Positions 53,448 through 61,840 of a DNA stretch of 64,000 nucleotides are shown one piece after another. Source of the DNA: Pseudomonadota bacterium (GTDB lineage Bacteria; Pseudomonadota; Gammaproteobacteria; Steroidobacterales; Steroidobacteraceae). Location: the NCBI GenBank assembly GCA_021780475.1, contig JAJXYR010000044.1:2722-66721 (forward strand), given 5' to 3'. The position numbers and the translations under genes were made by a program. The first letter of the stretch is position 1; each line of letters opens with the position of its first letter. Below the pieces are notes generated by a model. That model made no database searches, had not been told where the DNA came from, and saw nothing but the letters and a program-made list of their open reading frames with translations.

Positions 53448-53726
53448 TCAATCCCCCAGGCCGAGCTGCGGGGCGCGGAAGTCGGAGGGCAGCTCGATCT
53501 CGCCCGTGGGTGCCGGCGCCGGCTCTTCGGTCTCCTCCAGCATTTCCATCGTGATGTTGCCGGCGGCGATTTCCCGCAGCGCAACGACGGTTGGCTTGTC
53601 GTTCTCCCAATCGACCGTCGCCTCGGCGCCATTGGCGAGACGGCGCGCGCGCTTGGCCGCCAACAGCACCAGGTTGAAAAGATTCGGTTCGTTCTGCAAA
53701 CAGTCTTCGACCGTGATGCGTGCCAT
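53448..53726 (-). CDS. rpoZ: DNA-directed RNA polymerase subunit omega
   Basis: 92 aa, [30 protein letters not shown]. Confidence 0.93.
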   Translation of the reverse strand: MARITVEDCLQNEPNLFNLVLLAAKRARRLANGAEATVDWENDKPTVVALREIAAGNITMEMLEETEEPAPAPTGEIELPSDFRAPQLGLGD

Positions 53727-53811
53727 GACGTTGCTGCGTCCTTGAAATTGACGGGATCGGTCGGACAGAGTATCAGAATTCCAGACGCGCCGCTCGGTCC
53801 CCGTCGCGCGT

Positions 53812-54456
53812 TCAGCCCGCCGCGGACAACTCCGCGGCGAGCTTGCGGACTTGCGCCCGGTCGGCGGCCAGGGCGTCGCCGCGACCCGCGACGATGGCCT
53901 CCAAGTCCGAAAGGGCCTGGTCGAAACGGTCGTTGACCACCACATAGTCGAACTCCGGCCAATGCTGGATATCCGACGCCGAGTCCTGCAGGCGGCGCCG
54001 GATCACGCTCTCGGCATCCGTGCTGCGCTGGCGCAGGCGCTGCTCCAACGCCGCCAGGGACGGTGGCAGCACGAAAATGCTCCGCGCTTCCGGCAGCCGT
54101 TCGCGCACCTGCCGGGCGCCCTGCCAGTCGATTTCCAGCAACAGGCGCTCGCCGCGCGCGAGCGCGTCGCGCACCGTCTGCAGGCCGGTGCCGTAATAAT
54201 TGTCGAAGACCCGCGCGTGCTCCAGGAATTCGCCGCGTGCGGCCATTGCGACGAAGCGCTCGGCCGACACGAAATGGTAGTCGCGCCCGTCGACCTCGTT
54301 GGGCCGTGGTGCGCGCGTCGTGTACGACACCGAGAATCTCAAGCCGGCGTCGCGCTCCATCAGCGCCTTGACGAGGCTCGTTTTGCCGGCGCCGGAGGGC
54401 GCCGCGATCACGTAAAGCCGGCCGCGCCCGTCGCGGGATTCGTTGACGTCGTGCAT
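53812..54456 (-). CDS. gmk: guanylate kinase
   Basis: 214 aa with P-loop [10 protein letters not shown] and [20 protein letters not shown]. Confidence 0.95.
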   Translation of the reverse strand: MHDVNESRDGRGRLYVIAAPSGAGKTSLVKALMERDAGLRFSVSYTTRAPRPNEVDGRDYHFVSAERFVAMAARGEFLEHARVFDNYYGTGLQTVRDALARGERLLLEIDWQGARQVRERLPEARSIFVLPPSLAALEQRLRQRSTDAESVIRRRLQDSASDIQHWPEFDYVVVNDRFDQALSDLEAIVAGRGDALAADRAQVRKLAAELSAAG

Positions 54457-54494
54457 GCGGCGCTATCCGGCGTTGCGCACTTGGGCGGTCAGCT

Positions 54495-55403
54495 TCAAGT
54501 TGTCGGGCGCCGGCGCCCAAGACGGCGGTCAAGCGCACGCCAAGCCACGCGGCGGCCGGGCGATGTGCCCCTCAGCATCAGGATCGCCAGCAACGTCGAA
54601 ACGGTCAGCCAGTCGAGCGCGCCGCCCCCGCTCCCGCCCCCGCCGTTGCCGGCGTCGCGGCGATTCACGACCCGTACATTCGCCCTGCCCGCCTTGACTT
54701 GCGCTTCGAAGTCCGCGAGCGCCGCATCGAAGTGCGTGATCATCTGATTGGCGGCGGCGTCATATCCCGACGCACTAGCCGCGCGCTCCGCCCGCGCCGC
54801 GCCGACGGCCGTCGCCGTCCCGTCCCGCGTGTCGACGCCGCCGGCGCGCAGCACGAGGGAGCGCGTCACGGGATCGACGACGGCAAGGTCGACCAGTGTC
54901 GAAACGTCGTAGCGGTTCCCTTTCAACACGTATGCACCGACGATGGTCAGATAGCCGAGCGACCATTTGTTCGAGTCGGTGTTCGTCACTTGGTCGTAAG
55001 ACACCAAGGCGATCAGATCGAGCGAATACAGCCGCTGTACCGCCGCAAGACCCTCGAAACCGTGCTGTGCCGCAAGGTAGTAGTCGGGGATCACGACTAT
55101 CTGGCTTACGAAGTGCAGGTCCTTGAAGTGATCGCGGACGCGCTCGAGGAGCTGCTGTCTCTGCGCCGCGGTCGGGCCGCGGCCGCCCGGCGTCGGCAGG
55201 AACGACAGCCCGACACGAAGCGGCAGGTGCAACTGCGGGATGCTGTTCGTGACAGGCGGGAGACTCGCTCCAGGATACAGGAAGGCCACGAGGCTCGATG
55301 ACTCCTGGTGCTTTGCGTGGCAGTTCGGTGCGCATAACAAATCGGCGCACCCGGTCAATGCGGCAAGCGCCGACACGACCACGGTAATGACAACCTTTCG
55401 CAT
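54495..55403 (-). CDS. lipoprotein with GlyGly-CTERM-like sorting tail (rhombosortase-target type)
   Basis: Lipobox LTGC after MRKVVITVVVSALAA. The C-terminus reads GNGGGGSGGGALDWLTVSTLLAILMLR: a Gly-rich tract plus a TM helix plus a basic residue. A further 24 aa follow before the stop. Confidence 0.65.
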   Translation of the reverse strand: MRKVVITVVVSALAALTGCADLLCAPNCHAKHQESSSLVAFLYPGASLPPVTNSIPQLHLPLRVGLSFLPTPGGRGPTAAQRQQLLERVRDHFKDLHFVSQIVVIPDYYLAAQHGFEGLAAVQRLYSLDLIALVSYDQVTNTDSNKWSLGYLTIVGAYVLKGNRYDVSTLVDLAVVDPVTRSLVLRAGGVDTRDGTATAVGAARAERAASASGYDAAANQMITHFDAALADFEAQVKAGRANVRVVNRRDAGNGGGGSGGGALDWLTVSTLLAILMLRGTSPGRRVAWRALDRRLGRRRPTT

Positions 55404-55586
55404 GCGATCCCCTCGCGGCGCTCCGAGAGGCGCCATGTTCCGGTCTATAGCCGACCACATCGGTCCGGGCGTCGGAAACCGAAGGCCCAGCACGGTGGAT
55501 TCCGCGCGCGTCAGCTTATCCGATTTCCGCCAGGCGTTCCCGGGGGGGCGTGCCGGGATGCGGCAGGCCCCGGCAGTCCACGGACG

Positions 55587-56450
55587 TCACTCGACGTTCT
55601 GCACCTGCTCGCGCATCTGCTCGATCAACACCTTCATGTCGACCGCGGCCCGCGTGGTCTCGATGTCCTGGGACTTCGACGACAGGGTGTTCGCCTCGCG
55701 ATTCAGCTCTTGCATCAAGAAGTCCAATCTGCGCCCCGCCGGCTCATCGCCGCCGAAGGTCTTGCGAACCTCCGCGACGTGTCCGCGCAGCCGGTCGATC
55801 TCCTCGTCGACGTCCAGCCGCTGGGCGAGTATGGCGAGCTCCTGTTCGAGCCGGCCGGGATCCGCGTTCGCCGCGATCTCGGCGACCCGCTCGCGCAGTT
55901 TCGCGTGGATCCTGGCCCGAACCTCGGGCAGGCGCTGCACGACGCGCGCCGCGAAGTCGAGCAAACCGTCGCAGCGCTGCGCGAGCGCCTCCTGCAGGCG
56001 GGCCCCCTCGCTGTCGCGAAATTTGGCGAGGTCCGCGAGTGCCTCGGCGAGCAGACCCTGTGCGGCCTCCTGCAGCGGCGTCAGGTCGCGGCCGGCATCG
56101 CGCACGACACCCGGCCAGCGCAGCATGTCGATCACGTCGATGCGCGCCGCCCCGCCGGCGAGCGTCGCGATCTGGCGCGCCCGCGCCGCCAAGGTCTCGA
56201 GCAAGGCGTCGTCCACGTCGAGCGCGGCGGGCGCCGCGTTCGGACGGTACAGCAGCGAACAGTCGATCTTGCCGCGCCGCGCCGCGCCCGCGATCGCCTG
56301 CCGGAACCGGCCCTCGGCGCCGCGAAACTCCTCCGGCAGGCGGCAGCCGACCTCGAGGAAGCGATGATTCACGGTGCGTATTTCCCAGGCCAAGGTGCCC
56401 CAGGGATACTGGCGTTCGCGACGCGCGAAGCCGGTCATGCTACGGATCAT
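55587..56450 (-). CDS. yicC: YicC family stress-induced protein
   Basis: 287 aa from MIRSMTGFARRE with the C-terminal conserved block KRLDFLMQELNREANTLSSKS. Confidence 0.88.
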   Translation of the reverse strand: MIRSMTGFARRERQYPWGTLAWEIRTVNHRFLEVGCRLPEEFRGAEGRFRQAIAGAARRGKIDCSLLYRPNAAPAALDVDDALLETLAARARQIATLAGGAARIDVIDMLRWPGVVRDAGRDLTPLQEAAQGLLAEALADLAKFRDSEGARLQEALAQRCDGLLDFAARVVQRLPEVRARIHAKLRERVAEIAANADPGRLEQELAILAQRLDVDEEIDRLRGHVAEVRKTFGGDEPAGRRLDFLMQELNREANTLSSKSQDIETTRAAVDMKVLIEQMREQVQNVE

Positions 56451-56514
56451 AGGGGTTTGCGCCATAATCGGTGATAATCGACATGCGAGCTTAACAGAAC
56501 ACCAGGAGCCGTCC

Positions 56515-57261
56515 TTGCAGATAGAGACCGCGGATGTCAGCTTGATCGGGCACCGCGAAGAGAACCAGGATCGCGTCGCCGTCGCCGCCGACGAGCATTC
56601 GGCGCTGCTGATCGTGATCGACGGCATGGGCGGGCACGCGCAGGGCGCGCGCGCCGCGGAGATCGCGCTGGCGGCGCTGTTGGAGGCTTTCGCGCAGACG
56701 CCGCATCCGATCTTCGATCCGCTCGGATTCCTGCACCTTGCGCTCGGGCGCGCGCACGACGAGGTGGTCAAACTCGGCAACGGGCTCGGCGTCGAGGCGA
56801 GGCCGCGCGCCACGTGCGCGATCTGCCTGGTTCAAGACTCCGCGGCCTACTGGGCGCATGTCGGCGACAGCCGCGTATACCAACTGCGCCAGCAGCGCGT
56901 GCTCGAGCGCACGCGCGACCACAGCCACGTCGAGGTGCTGTTGCGCGAGGGCTTGATCACCGAGGCCGAGGTGCACGGTCATCCGATGCGAAACTATGTC
57001 GAGTGTTGTCTGGGCGGCGATGCGGCGCTGCCGGAGATGAGCATTTCGACGCGCCGCCGCCTCAATTCAGGCGACGTCCTGTTGCTGTGCACGGACGGCT
57101 TCTGGGCTGGCGTCAAGGACGAGGACCTCGTGCGCTTCGGCCAGTCGGCGACCCTGGCGCTGCGCGAGTCGCTGCTCGCCCTCGGCAACCAGGCGGTCAG
57201 CGCGTCCGCGCCGTACAGCGACAACACCAGCGCGGCGGCGCTGCGCTGGAGCGCGGCATGA
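56515..57261 (+). CDS. PP2C-family serine/threonine protein phosphatase
   Basis: Motifs [20 protein letters not shown] and CTDGFW. TTG start 6 nt after AGGAG; the listed ORF start 56374 would overlap divergent yicC. Its stop overlaps the rph ATG (ATGA). Confidence 0.8.
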   Translation: MQIETADVSLIGHREENQDRVAVAADEHSALLIVIDGMGGHAQGARAAEIALAALLEAFAQTPHPIFDPLGFLHLALGRAHDEVVKLGNGLGVEARPRATCAICLVQDSAAYWAHVGDSRVYQLRQQRVLERTRDHSHVEVLLREGLITEAEVHGHPMRNYVECCLGGDAALPEMSISTRRRLNSGDVLLLCTDGFWAGVKDEDLVRFGQSATLALRESLLALGNQAVSASAPYSDNTSAAALRWSAA

Positions 57262-57980
57262 GCGCGCGGCCGAGCGGCCGGGCCGCCGACGAACTGCGGC
57301 CGGTCAGTTTCACGCGCGGCTTCACGCGCCATGCGGAAGGGTCCGTCCTCGTCGGATTCGGCGACACGCGGGTACTGTGTACGGCGAGCGTCGAGGACGG
57401 GGTGCCGTCGTTCCTGAGGGGTTCGGGCCAGGGTTGGATCACCGCCGAATACGGCATGTTGCCGCGTGCAACGCACAGCCGCAGCGCCCGCGAGGCGGCG
57501 CGCGGCAAGCAGTCGGGCCGCACGCAGGAGATCCAACGTTTGATCGGGCGGGCGCTGCGCGCGGTCGTCGATATGAAGGCGCTCGGCGAGCGCACCGTGA
57601 CCATCGACTGCGACGTGCTGCAGGCCGATGGCGGCACGCGCACGGCCGCGATCACCGGCGGCTTCGTCGCGCTTGCCGATGCCGTCGATACGCTGCTCGA
57701 GCGGCGCGTGCTGCGCGCCAATCCGCTGCACGGGCAGGTGGCGGCGATTTCGGTCGGGATCTACCGCGGCGCGCCGGTGCTGGATCTGGACTACGCGGAG
57801 GACTCGAACGCCGAGACCGACATGAACGTCGTCATGAACAGCGGCGGTGCGTTCATCGAGGTTCAGGGCACGGCCGAGGGGCATGCGTTCCGACGCCACG
57901 AGCTCGACCAATTGCTGGACCTTGCCGCGGCGGGCATCACCCGTCTGCATGCGGCACAGATCAGTGCCCGCGGCACGTAG
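57258..57980 (+). CDS. rph: ribonuclease PH
   Basis: 240 aa with [45 protein letters not shown]. Confidence 0.95.
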   Translation: MSARPSGRAADELRPVSFTRGFTRHAEGSVLVGFGDTRVLCTASVEDGVPSFLRGSGQGWITAEYGMLPRATHSRSAREAARGKQSGRTQEIQRLIGRALRAVVDMKALGERTVTIDCDVLQADGGTRTAAITGGFVALADAVDTLLERRVLRANPLHGQVAAISVGIYRGAPVLDLDYAEDSNAETDMNVVMNSGGAFIEVQGTAEGHAFRRHELDQLLDLAAAGITRLHAAQISARGT

Positions 57981-58572
57981 GCGGATCCTGGTCGCCACCG
58001 GCAACGCCGGCAAACTGCGCGAGTTTCGCGCGCTGCTGGACGACCTGGGGTTCGAGGTGCTTGGCCTCGGGGATTGCGGCCTGGCGGGCGCCGAGGAGAC
58101 GGGCGACAGCTTCGTCGCCAACGCCCTGTTGAAGGCCCATCATGCCGCCGCGGCGACCGGGCTCGCGGTGATCGCCGACGATTCCGGCCTCGAGGTCGAT
58201 GCGCTCGGCGGGGCCCCGGGGGTTCATTCCGCGCGCTACGCGGGCGACGGCGCGACCGACGCGGCGAACAACGCCAAATTGGCCGCTGCCCTCGCCGGCG
58301 TGCCCTTGGAGCGACGCGGGGCGCGATATCGATGCGCGCTGGTGTACCTGCCGGCGCCCGCGGGCACGCCGCCGATCGTGACCGAGGGGGTGTGGGAGGG
58401 GATGATCGCGCCGCAGCCGCGCGGGGGCGGCGGCTTCGGCTACGACCCGTTCTTTTTCCTGCCGGAGTTGCAGTGCACCGCCGCCGAGCTCGATCCGGAC
58501 CTCAAGAACCGGATCAGCCATCGGGGTATCGCGATGCGCGAACTGCGCGAGCGGCTGGCGCGCGGCCCGTGA
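57964..58572 (+). CDS. rdgB: dITP/XTP pyrophosphatase RdgB
   Basis: [44 protein letters not shown] and ISHRG motifs. The start is ambiguous (GTG 57964 or ATG 57949), and both overlap the rph 3' end. Confidence 0.88.
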   Translation: MPAARRRILVATGNAGKLREFRALLDDLGFEVLGLGDCGLAGAEETGDSFVANALLKAHHAAAATGLAVIADDSGLEVDALGGAPGVHSARYAGDGATDAANNAKLAAALAGVPLERRGARYRCALVYLPAPAGTPPIVTEGVWEGMIAPQPRGGGGFGYDPFFFLPELQCTAAELDPDLKNRISHRGIAMRELRERLARGP

Positions 58573-59717
58573 TCCTGCCGCCGCTCGCGTTGTACGTGCA
58601 CATGCCGTGGTGCGTGCGCAAATGCCCCTATTGTGATTTCAATTCGCACGCGCTGAAATCGACGCGCCCCGACCCGGCCTACGTCGATGCGCTGCTGCTG
58701 GACTTCGAGCACGAGTTGCCGGCGTTGCGCGGTCGCGCGATCGAAACGGTGTTCTTCGGCGGCGGCACGCCGAGCCTGTTCCGGCCGGAACAGTTCGCGC
58801 ATCTGCTCGCGTCCCTGCGCCGCCGCGCACCGTTCGCGGCCGATGCTGAAATCACCCTGGAGGCCAATCCCGGCACGATCGAGCGGGGCCAGTTCGCCGG
58901 CTATCGCGACGCCGGCATCAATCGCGTGTCGCTCGGCGCACAGACGTTCTCGCGCACGGCGCTCAGCGCCCTGGGCCGCATTCATTCACCGGAAGACACG
59001 CTGCGCGCCGTCGAGGAACTGCGTGCCGCAAATCTCGACAATTTCAATCTGGACCTGATGTACGCGCTGCCCGCGCAAACTCCCGAACAGGCGCTCTACG
59101 ACGTCGCCGCGGCGTGCGCGCTGCGGCCCGCGCACATCTCCCACTACCAGCTGACGCTCGAGCCGGGGACGGTCTTCCACGCGCAGCCTCCGCCGTTGCC
59201 CGACGAGGACGCGGCTTGGGCGATGCAAGTCGATTGTCAGCGCGAGTTGGCCGGCGCGGGCTATGCGCAATACGAGGTCTCGGCCTACGCGCGGGCGGGC
59301 GCCCGCTGTCGCCACAATTTGAATTACTGGCGCTTCGGCGATTATGTCGGCATCGGCGCCGGCGCTCACGGCAAGATCTCGATGTCAGTCCCCGGCGCGA
59401 TATTTCGCAGCGCAAAACCGAAGATGCCGCGCGCCTACGTCGCCTCGCTCGCCGATCCGGAGCGGTCCTGCGGCGAGCGTACGCGGATCGCCGAAAGCGA
59501 GTTGGGGTTCGAGTTCATGCTCAACGCGCTGCGGCTCAACGAAGGCTTCACCCAGGCTGAATTCGAGTCGCGGACGGGGCTTGCGCTGCAGTGCATCGAC
59601 GCCAAGTTGCAGAACGCGGCAAATCGTGGGTTGTTGGAGCGGGCGGCCGATCGCTGGCGTCCCACCGAATTGGGGCGGCGATTTCTCAATGATCTGCAGT
59701 CGGGTTTTCTGGTATGA
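58569..59717 (+). CDS. hemW: radical SAM heme chaperone HemW
   Basis: YVHMPWCVRKCPYCDFNS (CxxxCxxC) with a HemN-like fold but no HemN N-terminal extension. GTG start overlaps the rdgB stop (GTGA). Confidence 0.9.
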   Translation: MILPPLALYVHMPWCVRKCPYCDFNSHALKSTRPDPAYVDALLLDFEHELPALRGRAIETVFFGGGTPSLFRPEQFAHLLASLRRRAPFAADAEITLEANPGTIERGQFAGYRDAGINRVSLGAQTFSRTALSALGRIHSPEDTLRAVEELRAANLDNFNLDLMYALPAQTPEQALYDVAAACALRPAHISHYQLTLEPGTVFHAQPPPLPDEDAAWAMQVDCQRELAGAGYAQYEVSAYARAGARCRHNLNYWRFGDYVGIGAGAHGKISMSVPGAIFRSAKPKMPRAYVASLADPERSCGERTRIAESELGFEFMLNALRLNEGFTQAEFESRTGLALQCIDAKLQNAANRGLLERAADRWRPTELGRRFLNDLQSGFLV

Positions 59718-59720
59718 ACC

Positions 59721-59729
59721 TTATGCACA
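59721..59729 (+). promoter_or_regulatory. DnaA box (TTATGCACA, fits TTATNCACA)
   Basis: Exact match to the degenerate E. coli consensus, 4 nt after the hemW stop. Confidence 0.45.
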
Positions 59730-59800
59730 TCGCCGTGGGGCCCTCGGCCAATAGGCCACCTACAGCACATTGCGATGGAGTTAGGTCAAGTGACGACAGT

Positions 59801-59885
59801 AAGTCATTGATAGATAATAATAAAACGGCTTGTCTATTTTTTGACCAAGTTAACAATTACTCGAAATTGCGCGAACTAAAGAAAG
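59801..59885. other. AT-rich island (26 G+C in 85 nt) in the hemW-rpmE spacer
   Basis: Counted by hand at about 31% GC, against a flanking sequence of roughly 65-70%. It contains TAGATAATAATAAAA, the T-rich TGTCTATTTTTTG, and an IHF-consensus match TATCAATGACTTA on the minus strand at 59800-59812. Confidence 0.75.
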
Positions 59886-59896
59886 CCTGCTTCGAT

Positions 59897-59931
59897 GCAT
59901 CCACAGACTTATCCACAGGATTTGTGGACAA
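59897..59931. promoter_or_regulatory. cluster of three DnaA boxes (two direct, one inverted)
   Basis: GCATCCACA (59897-59905), a perfect TTATCCACA (59909-59917) and TTGTCCACA on the minus strand (59923-59931). Spacers are 3 and 5 nt, and the last two form TCCACA-N5-TGTGGA. Confidence 0.7.
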
Positions 59932-60138
59932 TTCTCATCGCGCTGCGACGCGCATCGGTATCGGCGGGGATCTTGCCCGCGGATCGATGTCCGGCTAAAC
60001 TGCGCGGCCCGAACGGACCTTGAGCGGTATTGGCGTTCGCGATCGGGCACGAGTCATCCGGCGTGGCGTCCGCGACCTCCAGCATTTGGAGCCGCGAGCC
60101 GATTCTGCCGCAACGATCTTCAGGCTGAGGAGCAGATC

Positions 60139-60354
60139 ATGAAAGCCGGCATCCATCCCGAGTATCAAGTCATCGCGGTCACCTGTACTTGCGGTAACAC
60201 CTTCGAGACGCGCTCGACGATCGGACACGACCTGCAGATCGAAGTCTGCTCGAACTGTCATCCGTTCTACACCGGCAAGCAAAAGGTGGTCGACACGGGC
60301 GGACGCGTGGACAAGTTCCGCAAGAAGTACGCGGCCGCCGCGACGCGCGGCTGA
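60139..60354 (+). CDS. rpmE: 50S ribosomal protein L31 (zinc-binding type)
   Basis: 71 aa, MKAGIHPEY.., with Cys pairs CTCG and [18 protein letters not shown] lies 6 nt upstream. Confidence 0.97.
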   Translation: MKAGIHPEYQVIAVTCTCGNTFETRSTIGHDLQIEVCSNCHPFYTGKQKVVDTGGRVDKFRKKYAAAATRG

Positions 60355-60547
60355 TCCCGCTGCGCCGCGCCTTGCGCCGACCCCGGACAATCCAGTCGGC
60401 GCGCGCTGCGCATTCATCCCATCCTGTCGCACCGGCGCCGCGCGCGCGGCACGCGCCGCGCGAGGCGGTCGCTTGCATTCCGTTGCTTTGTCGTGCAACG
60501 CTTTCAAGTCTCGACGCCATGAGACAACATTTCCGCCGGATGGACGC

Positions 60548-61840
60548 ATGAACACGAAGTACGAAATCAAGAACGGCCTCACGGGAAAGTCGACGCAACT
60601 GGAGGCGATGTCGGGGACGATCGGACCCGACGTGTTGAACATCGCGCCGCTTCTGAAGGACCTGGGCGTGTTCACGTTCGATCCGGGTTTCATGGCCACC
60701 GCCAGCACGGAAAGCAAGATCACCTACATCGACGGCGACGCGGGTGTGTTGTTGTACCGCGGCTATCCGGTCGAGCAGCTCGCCGAGAAGTCCTGTTTTC
60801 TCGAGGTCGCGAACCTGCTGATTTACGGTTCGCTGCCGTCGAAGGCGCAGCTCGACGCGTTCCAGAACTCGATCACGCGCCACACGATGGTGAACCAGCA
60901 GCTGCTGCGCTTCTTCCAGGGCTTCCATCACGACGCGCATCCGATGGCGATGGTGTCCGCGGTGGTCGCGTCCATGGCGGCGTTCTATCACGACTCGACC
61001 GACATCAACGATCCACGGCATCGGGAGATTTTCGCGCACCGGATCATCGCGAAGCTGCCGACGATCGCCGCGGCGGCCTACAAGCACTCCCTCGGCCAGC
61101 CCTTCATCTATCCGCGCAACGACCTGCGTTATTGCGCGAACATGCTGAACATGTTCTTCGCGGTGCCGTGCGAGGCCTACGCGATCGATCCGGTCGCGGC
61201 CGAGGCTCTCGACCTGTTGTTCATATTGCACGCCGACCATGAACAGAACGCCAGCACCTCGACGGTACGTCTCGCCGGCAGCACCGGCGCGAATCCTTAT
61301 GCGGCGATATCCGCCGGCGTATCGGCGCTGTGGGGCCCGGCGCACGGCGGCGCCAACGAAGCGGTTCTGGACATGCTCGAAGGGATCGGTTCGACGGCGA
61401 ACATCGATGACTTCCTGGCTCGCGTCAAGGACAAGCGCGACAACGTCCGGTTGATGGGCTTCGGTCACCGCGTATACAAGAATTTCGACCCGCGCGCGAA
61501 GATCATCCGCGGCATGTGCTATCGGGTGCTCGAGAAGCTCGGCCGGACCGACTCGCCGTTGTTCGAGTTGTCGCTGCGGCTCGAGGAAATCGCGCTGAAG
61601 GATGAGTATTTCGTGTCGCGCAAGCTCTACCCGAACGTCGACTTCTATTCGGGGATCATCTACAGCGCGATCGGCATACCACGCTCCATGTTCACGGTGA
61701 TGTTCGCAATCGCCCGCACCGCCGGCTGGGTGGCGCACTGGCAGGAAATGGTCTCCGATCCGCACATGCGGATCGGGCGCCCGCGTCAGCTTTATACGGG
61801 GCCGAAGAAGCAGGACTACGTGCCGATCGAAAGGCGCTGA
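60548..61840 (+). CDS. gltA: citrate synthase (type II)
   Basis: 430 aa from MNTKYE with [25 protein letters not shown] and [14 protein letters not shown]. Confidence 0.95.
   Translation: MNTKYEIKNGLTGKSTQLEAMSGTIGPDVLNIAPLLKDLGVFTFDPGFMATASTESKITYIDGDAGVLLYRGYPVEQLAEKSCFLEVANLLIYGSLPSKAQLDAFQNSITRHTMVNQQLLRFFQGFHHDAHPMAMVSAVVASMAAFYHDSTDINDPRHREIFAHRIIAKLPTIAAAAYKHSLGQPFIYPRNDLRYCANMLNMFFAVPCEAYAIDPVAAEALDLLFILHADHEQNASTSTVRLAGSTGANPYAAISAGVSALWGPAHGGANEAVLDMLEGIGSTANIDDFLARVKDKRDNVRLMGFGHRVYKNFDPRAKIIRGMCYRVLEKLGRTDSPLFELSLRLEEIALKDEYFVSRKLYPNVDFYSGIIYSAIGIPRSMFTVMFAIARTAGWVAHWQEMVSDPHMRIGRPRQLYTGPKKQDYVPIERR

Noticed and set aside
51266-54538. 1090-aa ORF that seems to fuse spoT with sequence over rpoZ and gmk
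   Set aside because: It is upstream read-through of the spoT frame with no stop codon. spoT begins at MDYASS (53422), and rpoZ and gmk are read in other frames with their own starts.
59969-60138. Five GATC sites in 170 bp next to the DnaA boxes, suggesting Dam/SeqA-style origin methylation sites
   Set aside because: GATC (often as CGATCG) is very frequent throughout this sequence, roughly one per 60-80 bp in coding regions. There is therefore no local enrichment.
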